Assembly: GCA_963726745.1 (NCBI GenBank)
Contig: CAVSDR010000004.1
Location: 32,001 to 96,000, forward strand
Reading direction: 5' to 3'
Source of the DNA: an uncultured Verrucomicrobiae bacterium
GTDB taxonomy: Bacteria > Verrucomicrobiota > Verrucomicrobiia > Chthoniobacterales > UBA10450
DNA length: 64,000 bases
Part shown: piece by piece, positions 40,919 to 51,500 of the stretch
How the letters are laid out: the number at the start of each line of letters is the position of its first letter
Numbering within the stretch: the stretch's first letter is position 1
Translations under genes and position numbers: made by a program
Notes under the pieces: model-generated
What the model was told of the DNA's origin: nothing
Database searches by the model: none
The model's input: the letters and a program-made list of their open reading frames with translations, nothing else

Positions 40919-41833
40919 TTACGCGCGGAAATAGCCGACAATCTCATCCGGCAGAAGCGGTGTCGCGCCATGATGGGAGGCCACGTAGGCGCCCAGGCGG
41001 CAGGCGTTTTCCAGCACTTCGCGCACATCCGTCCCGCGCGTCAGGCCGACCATCAAGCCCGCCATGAAAGCGTCGCCTGCGCCCACGGTGTCGCGCACCT
41101 CGACCTGTGGCGCGGGCGCGTTCACGAGCGTGCCGTTGTCCCACAAAGTGGCGCCCTCTTCCGCCCGGGTCACGCAGATCCGGGTTGCCCGGGTGGCTGC
41201 GGCGACCGCTTCGCAGGCACGCCCCACGGCCGCAGCGTCGCGCGGCGTCTCCGGTTGCAGCTTGCCGGTCTTGAGCCAATGGGCCAGCTGGCCGACCTCG
41301 CCGTCATTTAATTTTAAAACGCCGGCATGCTGCGCGAGCCGGATGACCAGATCGGGTTCGACGAAGGGCGGGCGCAGGTTGACGTCGAAAAACTTCAACG
41401 GTCCCGGGACCGCGAGAAGGCGCTCGAGTTGCTCGAGATTGTAGGGCGAACGGCAGGAAAGCGAACCGTAGATGAGCGCGCGCGCCTGCGCCACGGCCGC
41501 GAGAGCCGCCTCTGGCACACGAATTTCATCCCAGGCCGCCGGCTGGACCAGCTCGTACGTGGCGTTGCCGCTCGCATCGACCGTCACCAGGACGGTGCCA
41601 GTGGCCAGGCCGATGCGGGCGCGGGTGACGAAGGTGGTGTCCACGCCTTTGTCGAGGGCCACCTGCAGGATCTCGTCGCCTAACGAGTCGCGGCCGATGC
41701 AGGAGATGAGCGCGGAAGAAGCGCCCAGTTGTGCCAGGTGCGCGGTGACGTTGAAAGGCGCGCCGCCGGCGTGCCGCCCGGAGGGAAGGCAATCCCAGAG
41801 AATTTCGCCGAAGGCAAAGAAGTCGCACTGCAT
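40919..41833 (-). CDS. PfkB family fructokinase-like sugar kinase
   Basis: FGEILWD, GGAPFNV, FDVNLRPPF, DTVGAGDAF. Confidence 0.92.
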   Translation of the reverse strand: MQCDFFAFGEILWDCLPSGRHAGGAPFNVTAHLAQLGASSALISCIGRDSLGDEILQVALDKGVDTTFVTRARIGLATGTVLVTVDASGNATYELVQPAAWDEIRVPEAALAAVAQARALIYGSLSCRSPYNLEQLERLLAVPGPLKFFDVNLRPPFVEPDLVIRLAQHAGVLKLNDGEVGQLAHWLKTGKLQPETPRDAAAVGRACEAVAAATRATRICVTRAEEGATLWDNGTLVNAPAPQVEVRDTVGAGDAFMAGLMVGLTRGTDVREVLENACRLGAYVASHHGATPLLPDEIVGYFRA

Positions 41834-42408
41834 TACACGGGCTCCGGTTCATAAAGGAAGATCAGGTCCTGGTCCATGCCTTTGGGATCGCTCGAGCGCT
41901 CGAACACGAGCAAATCTTCGGTGCCGATGAGGCAATGCTCGATGCCCGGCCGGAAGTGAAAGCGCCTCCCAGGCTGGAGCACCTGGGCGGTTAACGCCCG
42001 ATCCTGCGCCTGGCGCCGCCAAAGGATAAGCCCGGCACCTTCGCGCACTTCGAGCTGCTCCTCCTTCTCCGCATGCATCTCCAGCGCGAGGTAGCCTGCA
42101 CGTTGCACGACGAGAAATTTCTCCACCTCTGGAGGCTCATGCCGAGTCACAACCACACCACCCCAACCGGTGCGAATGATCTGCGGGCCACCGCGTTCGA
42201 CCTCCGCCGCGCGCGCGGGAAAGTCCGCACCGACCGTCCCCAGGCCGTGCGGGAACTCGGTCTGCCAGAGCCGGCAAGCTTCGCGGCCGTAGCGATTGAA
42301 GGCTGCCCGGGAATCGATCGGCGAAAGGTGGCTGAGCTGCGCGGCCAAACCGGCGAAGCGCGGGTCCCGGGCCAGCTCCTCGTGGTCGATCGCGAAAACA
42401 GCCGGCAT
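41833..42408 (-). CDS. Cupin-fold protein, candidate sugar isomerase
   Basis: LALEMHAEKEEQLEV..G and RPGIEH cupin-type metal motifs; inside a sugar operon. Confidence 0.6.
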   Translation of the reverse strand: MPAVFAIDHEELARDPRFAGLAAQLSHLSPIDSRAAFNRYGREACRLWQTEFPHGLGTVGADFPARAAEVERGGPQIIRTGWGGVVVTRHEPPEVEKFLVVQRAGYLALEMHAEKEEQLEVREGAGLILWRRQAQDRALTAQVLQPGRRFHFRPGIEHCLIGTEDLLVFERSSDPKGMDQDLIFLYEPEPV

Positions 42409-42411
42409 CTT

Positions 42412-43795
42412 CTAGTGCCCGCCGGTGGTGGAGACGCCTTGCATGCCTTCCGCGCCGCTAAGCTTCGGCCAAAGAAAACCGTAAGCCGCCACGAAGGCGA
42501 AGCAAAACATCGGCACGATGAAGCCGCGGGAGAGATCATAATGATCCGCGACCGCGCCCATGACCTTCGGCAGGATGGCCCCGCCCATGATCGCCATGAC
42601 GATGAAGGAGGAGGCCTTCTTGGCCCTTTCCCCAAGCCCAAAAATTCCCAGCGCAAAAATAGTCGGAAACATGATCGACATGAAGAAGTAGGTTAGGAAA
42701 ACCGCCACCACCGAAATCCACCCGAGCTTCAGGAAGATCACACCGCAAAGAAGCACGCTCAGGAGCGAGTAGAACCCGAGGACGCGATGAGCCGCATACT
42801 TCTTCAGGATCGCGGAGCCGGTAAACCGGCCGACGAGAAAGCAGAGAAAACCTAACGAAGCCAGATTGGACGCGGATTTGTTGGTGAAACCCAGCAGGCC
42901 ATTGCCGTGAACCTCGAACCAGCCGGCAAAGCGGCTACCAGGTTCGTTCCAGGCCGCGGGAATCGCCGGCACCTGCGAGGTCATGTAGTTGATGAAGAAG
43001 CTAAAGATGCCCGCCTGCGCGGCGACATAAAGGAATTGCGCCAGCACCGCCATCCAGAAGTGCGGATGCGCCCAGATGGAATGCGAGACCGTCGTCTTGG
43101 GATCGTCCAGATGGTAATCGTCCTCCATCTTGACGTCGGGCATCCGGGCAAAGAAGAAGATCACCGCGAGCACGAGGACAATGCACGCCGATGGCGGCGT
43201 AGGGCACCCAGAGCATTTCCGCTCCCGTGCTTTGCCCGGAGGCATCCTTGGAATAGAAGAACATTCCGCCGGCAATCGGCCCGAGAAGCAGACCGATGCC
43301 ATTGGTCGACTGCGCGAGATTGATCCGGGTGGCGGCATATTGGATCGGCCCAAGCACGGTGGTGTAAGGGTTGGCGATCGTTTCCAGAAAGGTTAGCCCG
43401 GCAGCGATAATGCAGACACCGAGAAGGAAGGCCCAGAACTGCGCAATCTGGGTCGCGGGGATAAACCAAAAACCGCCCACCGCCACAATCAACAGCCCAG
43501 TGATAATCCCTCCCTTGTAACCGAGCTTGGTCGCCAGCCAACCAGCCGGCAGCGCCATGAGAAAGTAGCCTAAATAGTGCGCAAATTGTACCCAGGCCGA
43601 TTGTGCCAGAGTAAGGTGCAGCTCTTCCTGGAAGTGCTTATCCATCACATCGATCATTCCGTTGCAGAAACCCCAAAGGGCAAACAGCAGGATGAGAAGC
43701 GTGAAGACGAACAGGACGTTGCGCCCGTCCTCGAGGATAAACATGCCTCGCTTCGGGGCCAGGCTGGGATCAAGCGGAGTCGGGTGATGTTCCAT
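42412..43795 (-). CDS. FucP/GluP-family sugar:H+ symporter (MFS), +1 frameshift near 43184
   Basis: LFALWGF, FLETIANPY, RINLAQS.NG, FMSIMFPTIFALG, MAIMGGA. Confidence 0.88.
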
Positions 43796-43806
43796 AAGTT
43801 GGTTTT

Positions 43807-45159
43807 CTAAAAGGTGACTCCCATTTGCGCGCCAAGCACCACAGCGTTCGGAATCTCGCCGGTGCCGCCGGGATCGATAACGTATTGAATATCCGGTTGA
43901 AAGTAACTCCAGGCCGTGAGCTGTAAGCGATGTGCGAATTCCAGCACTTTCTCGGAATCAGCCAGCGCTCCGCCGGGACGGCGCACGCTGCGGGCATAAA
44001 CGCGGCTGATGTCGCCGTAGATAAAATGCAACATGGTGTGGTCTTTCTCCCGCGTCGGGAAAAGGCCGACGTAGTTTAAGCCGAGGTTTACCTGAAAAGG
44101 CACGATCGAGATCTTGGTTTGCGGGTAGTAACCGGAAGCAAGGAAAGCAACCAACCCTTGCTCACTCCCCGGTGTTTCCCCGTAAATCATCTGGTCGGCA
44201 TGCAGGTAGAATCCGTAAGAATGGTCCTCGAAGCCGCCGCCAAAGCGCTGGTAAAAATCCCACTGCGAAAACGTGACGCCAAAATGGTAATGCCCTGGCA
44301 AGCCGCGCAGAATCGGCGCGCCGCCTTTTGCGTCCGCGCCCCGGACTGGCTGCTTCCAAAACTGCGGTGCCCAGCCAAACTGGACGATCGCCGTGTAACC
44401 GTCGTCGGACCCGATGCTCCAGTTCAACCCATGGTCATTGTTGTTAAACATATCCCTCGAGGTCTGGTAGAAGCCGAACTTAAAGTTGAGCTCCGGCGAA
44501 GGGTCGTAAAACAGCGCCGCCGCCCAGACAGCGAAGGGATAAGCCGAGAAGCGGGTATTGAAGAGCACATTGCGGATGTCGCCGTTGATTCCGTTGTTCA
44601 AGGAATAGCCGTAGAAGGGCGAGGCATTAAAGTCATCCGAGGCGCCGAAGCGCCCCAGCTTCAAAGTGAATCGGTCGCCGGCCAGCTTCTGTTGAAGATA
44701 AACCTGGTAAAGGAAGGGGCGTTGCCCGCCGACCGACTGCTGCACCGAGTAGAGGCTGCCCACGTAGAGATTCGTTAGGTCGTCACCTTGCCGGTTAATC
44801 CCACTAACGACAAACAGGCCGCCCGGCCAGCCGGCCAACTTCGCGAGGTCGAATTTAAAACCGAGCCAGGCGTCGTCGACGTAGCTGGCGTGCTGGGGAT
44901 CGAACCCGCCGCGGACGTTGCCATTAAAGATACTGTTGTAAAAGCCGAAGACCTCGACCCCGGCGTTTAGCCAACGCGTGCGCGCGCCGCCCCAGTCGCC
45001 CGTCAGGTGATCGGCGGCGGTGAAACCACCGGGCTGGACCGCGGCTTCATCCCGGGCTTGCAAGATCGAGCGATCGGAGCGGGAAAGAGGGACCGCATCC
45101 TGCGCCTGCGCCGTGGCCAGGCAAACCCACCCACATAGGGCTGGCAGGAGGAGTTTCAT
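43807..45159 (-). CDS. OprB family carbohydrate-selective porin
   Basis: LTGDWGGART, QPDIQYVIDPGG, terminal GVTF. Confidence 0.9.
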   Translation of the reverse strand: MKLLLPALCGWVCLATAQAQDAVPLSRSDRSILQARDEAAVQPGGFTAADHLTGDWGGARTRWLNAGVEVFGFYNSIFNGNVRGGFDPQHASYVDDAWLGFKFDLAKLAGWPGGLFVVSGINRQGDDLTNLYVGSLYSVQQSVGGQRPFLYQVYLQQKLAGDRFTLKLGRFGASDDFNASPFYGYSLNNGINGDIRNVLFNTRFSAYPFAVWAAALFYDPSPELNFKFGFYQTSRDMFNNNDHGLNWSIGSDDGYTAIVQFGWAPQFWKQPVRGADAKGGAPILRGLPGHYHFGVTFSQWDFYQRFGGGFEDHSYGFYLHADQMIYGETPGSEQGLVAFLASGYYPQTKISIVPFQVNLGLNYVGLFPTREKDHTMLHFIYGDISRVYARSVRRPGGALADSEKVLEFAHRLQLTAWSYFQPDIQYVIDPGGTGEIPNAVVLGAQMGVTF

Positions 45160-45278
45160 CGGGGAGACGAGGTCCGTTGGCAGGATTAGCGAAGAAGCGC
45201 GGACAAGGCCAGCACGGTCTTTGCCGGCGGCGATTCTCTTGCAGCTTGTCGAGCGGCCGGATGCAAAGAGGTTACCCG

Positions 45279-45959
45279 ATGAAGTTCACTTACTACGGAC
45301 ACGCCTGCTTCGCAGTCCAGGCGGGCGGCCTGCATCTCTTGTTCGATCCTTTTGTTTCTCCAAACCCCCTCGCGAAGGAGATCGATGTCGCCAAAATAGC
45401 CGCCGATTTCATTCTCGTCTCACACGGGCACGGCGATCATGTGGCCGATGTGGTCGCGATCGCAGAACGCACCGGCGCGACCGTGATTGCGCCTTTTGAA
45501 GTGGGCGACTGGTTCGAGAAGAAAGGCGTGAAAAACGTCCAGGCGATGAACCATGGCGGAGCGGCGCAATTGCCCTTCGGCCGGGTGAAACTAACCAGCG
45601 CAATCCACAGCAGCTCTATGCCCGATGGTAGTTATGGCGGCGAGCCCGCGGGCTTTCTCGTCGAGTCGAACGACGGCAACTTCTACTACTCCGGCGACAC
45701 CGCGCTCACGCTCGACATGAAGCTCATCGCCGAGGCTACGGCCCTGCGGTTTGCCGTCCTGCCGATTGGCGACTTCTACACCATGGGCGTCGAGGATGCC
45801 CTGCGCGCGGCGGAGTTTGCCGGCGCGCCGAAAATCGTGGGCGTGCACTACGACACTTTTCCGCCCATCGAACTCGACCGCGAGAAAGCCCTGCGCCTGG
45901 CGAAGGCTGCGGGTCGCGACCTGCTGCTGCCGAAGATCGGCGAAACGATCGAAGTCTAG
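45279..45959 (+). CDS. Metallo-beta-lactamase-fold hydrolase (UPF0173-like)
   Basis: YYGHACF, SHGHGDH, HSSS, SGDT, LPIGD, HYDTFP. Confidence 0.92.
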   Translation: MKFTYYGHACFAVQAGGLHLLFDPFVSPNPLAKEIDVAKIAADFILVSHGHGDHVADVVAIAERTGATVIAPFEVGDWFEKKGVKNVQAMNHGGAAQLPFGRVKLTSAIHSSSMPDGSYGGEPAGFLVESNDGNFYYSGDTALTLDMKLIAEATALRFAVLPIGDFYTMGVEDALRAAEFAGAPKIVGVHYDTFPPIELDREKALRLAKAAGRDLLLPKIGETIEV

Positions 45960-46258
45960 TCGAATTTCCACCCGCGCTGTTTCGGCGGGCGCAGCTTGTA
46001 GCGCCCGCCGGCCAGGCGGCGGATACCATCGAAGACACCGTCGCAGCCATCGGCTTTCGTTTGGTAAACCAGCCGAAGAAGTTCCCCGAGCTTTCCTTCC
46101 GGGAAACCCTTGAGCGCGAACCAGGCGAGGTATTCCGCCGGCAGGTCGTAGATCGGCACGCCTTTGGGCGGGTAGTTTTTTGGACCGAACATCCCGAAGG
46201 GCATGTGATAACGGCTGATCTCGGCCAGCACGGCGGCGGCATCGGACTCGTGGCTCAT
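45956..46258 (-). CDS. DUF3820 family protein
   Basis: MPFG..G..IYDLPAEYLAWF..KGFPEGKLGELL. Confidence 0.8.
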   Translation of the reverse strand: MSHESDAAAVLAEISRYHMPFGMFGPKNYPPKGVPIYDLPAEYLAWFALKGFPEGKLGELLRLVYQTKADGCDGVFDGIRRLAGGRYKLRPPKQRGWKFD

Positions 46259-46266
46259 CTCGCTGC

Positions 46267-48540
46267 CTAACGAGGAATTCGTTCGCTCCGCAAAACCGGA
46301 CTGAGTTGCAAATAGACAGCCGCTTCACCGCCGGTGGCACCGCCGATCCCGAGGTAGAGCGGACCCACGATGGTATCGGCGCCTAGGAACAGCGCGCCGC
46401 CGTACTTCATGTGCGTGAAATCGAACTGGTCCAGCTCCGACCAAACCCGCCCGGCCTCAACCGAGAAGCCGGCGTAAATCCCGCCACCAAAAGCCGCCGG
46501 CAACTTTGCCAGCTCGCGGTAGTAGATCACTTCCGCGACCGCGGCGTTCTGGTCGAGCAAACCGCGGCGCGCATAGCCCGAAAGCTGGAACAAGCCGCCT
46601 AACGAGGAGCGATCGTAGTAAGGCAGGTCGTTCCTTTCGAGATTCAACCCCGCGACCACGCGCGGGATGATCGTGTTTCGGCCGAAGGCGATCGGCTTGT
46701 AGAACTCCGCATCCAGCCGGCTGTAGTTGGCCGAGGCGCCAAAAGCGCCGCGCGAAACCGTGCCGGTGGCGCTGCCGTAGTAGCCGCTCGCGGGGAAGTT
46801 CGCGCGGTCGAGCGTGTCAAAGGTCAGCCGGGCCCGGAGCTCGCCGCGGCCGCTCCAGCCTTCCGTCTCCGCCGGCAGGCCAAGGGTCCGGCCGATGTGA
46901 CTCCCGCCGCCGGTGTAGCCGAGCCGGAACTCGCCCACCTGCCCCAGGCGCAGCCCGGCATCGATCCCGCCGAGCGCGTTTTGCAGGCGGAAGCCGAGCC
47001 GCCGGTCCGAGGCGTCAAGGGCATTCAGAAATTCATTCGCATAAAGCACATTGGCCGCGAGGAAGAAGCGGCGCGATGGCTCCACTGGTTGATACCATTC
47101 CGAGTAAACCCGGGTGAGATCGCCGATGCTCAGGAAAGTCTCCCATTCCGCGCCTAACGAGTTCAAATCCGTGAGGCGGAACGACAGCAGCACGTCGGCA
47201 GCGGTCTCGCCGGCGGAGGTGTAGTTAAAGTCGAAGCCGAGGTTGAGGTAGTTTGGCCCGCGGCGTTTCGGTTTCGTCTCCAGGCGCAGGCCATAGACGC
47301 CATCGGCCTCGACTACGCGGAAGTCCACGATCTCGGAATGCCGCAAGGCGTCGCGGCCGAGGAGCTCTTTTTCCAACTGCCAGAGCTCAATCTTTTCGCC
47401 CGGCGCGAAGTGGATCGCGCGCTCCAGTTGCTGCCGCGTGACCCCATTCGCCCCCGGAATTTCCAGGAAGGAAATGCTCGTCCCCTCTCCGTGCGCGGTG
47501 CGTTGGGCGGCGAGATATTGCTGCCAATTTCCCGGGCCCACCGCCAGCGGGCGCAGTGCGGCCGCGTCGGTCATGGCTTGCTCGTAACCGATCGGGATGT
47601 TCGCGCTCGAGCCGGCAAAATCCGCCGAGCCCGCGCCCGGCAAACGCAGCCGCACGTAGACGTCGCGGCCGCGGAGGCTCTGCACCTGCGCGCGAGTTTC
47701 ACGCTGGATCAGGATGTCGAGCATTTGATTCGCGACCGCAATCGCGGAAGCGAGTTCCTCGGGCGACTTCTCGAGATCCGGCATGACGTCGACGGCAATG
47801 ATCACCTCCGCGCCCATGTCCCGCGCGGTCGCGATCGGCAGGTTCGCGGAAAGGCCGCCATCCACCAGCATGCGGCCGTCGATTTCATGCGGCGTGAACA
47901 CGCCGGGCACGGCCATGCTCGCGCGCATCGCATCCGCGAGGTCGCCACGGCCGAGGACCATTTTTTCGCCGGTTTGCAGGTCGGTCGCGATCGCGCGAAA
48001 GGGAATCGGCAGCCGGTCGAAATCGTGAATTTTGCGCACCGGCAGCGTCAGCTCGCGCAAATTAAGCAGCACTTTCTGCCCGGAGATAAATCCAGCCGGC
48101 AACTGCAAATCGCCGGAACGCGAAAGACCGATCTCGAGGTTCTGATTGATCGTCGCGTCGCGCTGTTTTTCGCGAAAGGAACGGCTCTCGCGCGGCGGCG
48201 AATCGGAGAGGAGATACCGCCAGTCCGCGTCGCGGAACCAACGCTCGATTTCCTCCGGCGACATCCCACTGGCATAAAGCCCACCCACGACTGCGCCCAT
48301 GCTCGTGCCGGAAATGTAGTCGATCGGAACGTGCAACTTTTCCAGCGCTTTGAGCACGCCGATGTGGGCCACGCCGCGCGCGCCACCGCCGCTCAAGACG
48401 AGACCGACCTTCGGGCGCCCGGTCCGCCGAGTAGCTGTCGGTTCGGCCGCATCCTGCGCCTGCAGAAAAAGAGGCAGCAAGATGAGCAAAGCTGCGCCGA
48501 GGCGAGCCGCGATTCCGAGAGTGTAGCTTCCCCGTTCGAT
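46267..48540 (-). CDS. Patatin-like phospholipase with C-terminal Omp85-type barrel (PlpD-like); start codon uncertain
   Basis: LSGGGARG, GTSMG, DGG catalytic motifs followed by a beta-barrel region. Confidence 0.88.
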   Translation of the reverse strand: MERGSYTLGIAARLGAALLILLPLFLQAQDAAEPTATRRTGRPKVGLVLSGGGARGVAHIGVLKALEKLHVPIDYISGTSMGAVVGGLYASGMSPEEIERWFRDADWRYLLSDSPPRESRSFREKQRDATINQNLEIGLSRSGDLQLPAGFISGQKVLLNLRELTLPVRKIHDFDRLPIPFRAIATDLQTGEKMVLGRGDLADAMRASMAVPGVFTPHEIDGRMLVDGGLSANLPIATARDMGAEVIIAVDVMPDLEKSPEELASAIAVANQMLDILIQRETRAQVQSLRGRDVYVRLRLPGAGSADFAGSSANIPIGYEQAMTDAAALRPLAVGPGNWQQYLAAQRTAHGEGTSISFLEIPGANGVTRQQLERAIHFAPGEKIELWQLEKELLGRDALRHSEIVDFRVVEADGVYGLRLETKPKRRGPNYLNLGFDFNYTSAGETAADVLLSFRLTDLNSLGAEWETFLSIGDLTRVYSEWYQPVEPSRRFFLAANVLYANEFLNALDASDRRLGFRLQNALGGIDAGLRLGQVGEFRLGYTGGGSHIGRTLGLPAETEGWSGRGELRARLTFDTLDRANFPASGYYGSATGTVSRGAFGASANYSRLDAEFYKPIAFGRNTIIPRVVAGLNLERNDLPYYDRSSLGGLFQLSGYARRGLLDQNAAVAEVIYYRELAKLPAAFGGGIYAGFSVEAGRVWSELDQFDFTHMKYGGALFLGADTIVGPLYLGIGGATGGEAAVYLQLSPVLRSERIPR

Positions 48541-48586
48541 GCGCGGACTATATCGCCGCGCGCATCGAAGGGGAAGCGCTCCGCTA

Positions 48587-51500
48587 CTACTTGGCCTTCG
48601 CAGGATTGCGGTCGGGATAAGCCGGGATCGGTGGAAGCTGGTAGTTCTTCGTCTTCCGCTCCTCCTGGATCTCCGCAATCGCGCGGTCGAGCTGCTGGTC
48701 CTCGCCCTTGAATTCGCGCGCCGGGTCGTTGTCGACCACGATGTCGGGCTCGACCCCGCGGCTCTCGATCACCCAGCTGCTCCCGTCTTTCGCATAGGGC
48801 GCAAACTCCGGCCGGAAGAGCTGCCCGCCATCGGCCAGCGGCAGCGGATTACGAATCCCGACGACGCCGCCCCAAGTGCGTTTCCCGATCAGTTTCCCGA
48901 GGCCCATGGTCTTGAAGCGATAAGGGAAGATGTCGCCGTCGGAAGCGGAGAACTCGTTGATCAAGGTCACCATCGGCCCGAGGAAAGTATTCGGCGGATT
49001 GGTTTGCGCAGTGCCGTTGCGCGACATCTCCACCATTACCAGCTGGCGGCGCAGTTTCTCGATGATCAACGGCGAAACGAAGCCACCGCCGTTCCCGCGC
49101 ACGTCGACGATCAACGCCTTCTTTTTCACCTGCGGAAAATACATCTTGGTGAACTGATTCAGGCCGGCCTGGCTCATGTCGGGGATGTGCAGGTAACCGA
49201 CCTCGCCGTTCGTTTTCTTGTTCACGTACTCGACGTTCCGCTGCACCCACGCGAGGTAATAAAGCCCGCTTTCATCGGCCGTCGGGACAACCACGACATC
49301 GCGCGCGCCATCCTCGGCCGGCTTGGAATTCACCCGCAAGGTGACCTGTTTGTCCGCCTGGCCGATGAGTGCCTCATAGATGTTGCCTAACGAGGAGACG
49401 GGAATGCCGTTAATCGCGAGGATGTAGTCGCCCGGCTTCACGTTCACGCCCACTTCAGTAAGCGGCGACCGCGTGTGCTTGTCCCAGTTCTCGCCCGGGA
49501 GGATGCGATCGATCCGGTAAGCTTTGCTCGCGGCGTCGCGCGAGAGTTCCGCGCCGAGCAGGCCGAGTTTGATTCGGGGAAGTTCCGGGCGTTCGCCGCC
49601 GGCGACGTAGGCGTGGCCGTTGTTCAACTCGCCGATGAGCTCACCAATCAGGTAGGTCAGGTCATTGCGGTGATTCACGAACGGCAGGAGCGCGGCGTAT
49701 TTGTCGCGCATTGCCGGCCAGTCGATCCCGTTCATGTTCGGCGCGTAGAAGAAGTCGCGCATTTGCCGCCAGGCTTCGAAATAGATCTGCCGCCACTGCG
49801 CGTGGCGATCGAGCATCATGTCGAGGCCCTTGAGCTTGAGCTTAAAGTCTTTCCCGGCCTTCTCGTCCTTCAGCTCCAGCTTGTCCTTCGGCAGGTCGAC
49901 GATCGCGTAATCGTCCTTCACTTTAACCAGCATTTTCTTCCCATCGGCGCTGATCTCGTAATTGTTCACATCGCCGAGCACGGTCTCTTTCCGATCTTCC
50001 AGACTGTAGACGCAGAGGTGCGCCTTGCGGCTGCCGGGACCGCCCTCTTCCTCATCACCGCTTTCGTCGGCGACCGTGCGGCGGAGATAAAAGACGCGAT
50101 CGCCGATCTTGCGGAGCTGTCCGTAGTCACCGCGCACGATGTCGAGCGCGATCAAACGCTGGCCAATGCCGTCGAGGTCCACCTTCACCACGACTGGCTT
50201 TTTCGGCTCCTTGGCGTCCTTCCCCTCGCCCTTCTTTTCGTCGCCTTTTTTCGCTTCGCCTTCGTCCTTCTTCTTCTCGGCCTTGCCGACCTCGTCGCTC
50301 TTCGGACCGAGCGGATTCTCCGTCTCCTTCGCCAGGGTCACGAGGTAGACGCGGCTCATGTCACGATAGAGCGCGGCGAAATCCTCCTGGCCAAAGAGCG
50401 GATCGAAATCGCGGCTCGAAGTGAGCAGGAGATACTTCCCGTCGTCGCTGAAAGTCGGGTCGCCGGCGGAATACCAGTTGTCCGTTACCGGCGTCGTCTT
50501 TTTGTCGGCTAACGAGTAGAGGTAAACCTTGTCGAAGTTGTTTTCCTCCGGGCGCGACCAGGCGATCCACTGGCTGTCGGGCGACCAATCATAACCGCGA
50601 ATTTCCCCGTTCGGGTCCTGGTCCACCTGCGTGATCGCCTTGCTCGCGAGATCCACAAAGCGCAACCGCTGCAGGCGATCGCTCCAGAGGAGCTTCTTCG
50701 AGTCGGGCGACCAGATCGGCTTGTAATAGTATGTGTCTGCACCGCTCGTGATCTGCTGCGGTTGGCCGCTGCCATCCTGCGCCCGCACGTAGAGTTCGTT
50801 CTCACCGGTCGCGTCCGAGTTGTAGGCAATCCACTTGCCGTCAGGCGACCAGGTGGCGTCGCGCTCATGCGCCTCCGAGGTGCGGGTGAGCGTGCGCGGC
50901 GAGCCGTCCTTCGCCGGGACAGTAAAGAGATTGCCGCGGCCAACCACGACCGCGCGCTCGCCATCGGGCGCGATCGCGACGGAGCCGATTTGCTTCGAGG
51001 CATCGACCATCGCGGTGCGGCCGGAAGCCAGGTCTTCCTTGATTTCGATCGGCACCGGCTGGGCCTGGCCGCTGGCGAGATCGTAACGCCAAATATAGCC
51101 GGCCTGCTCGAAGACAATCGCGTCCTTCCCGATCGACGGGAACTTGATGTCAAAATCCTTGAACTGCGTCAGCTGCTTCGTCTCCTTCGAGCCGAGATCG
51201 GTCACGAAGAGATTCATTCGGCCGTCGCGATCGGAGAGGTAGTAGATCTTGTTCTCCGGGCCCCACATCGGGCAAATGTCCTGCGCCTCGTTATTGGTCA
51301 GGTTCTCGGTCGTGCCGGTCTTGAAATCGAAGATCCAGATGTCGTCGGCCATCCCGCCGCGATACCCTTTCCAGGTGCGGAACTCGCGGAAGATGCGGTT
51401 GAAAGCCATCTTCGAATCGTCCGGCGAGAAGGAAAGAAAACCGCCGCGCGGGATCGGCATCGGCGTGGGCAGGTCGCCCTCCATCCCCACGGTAAAGAGG

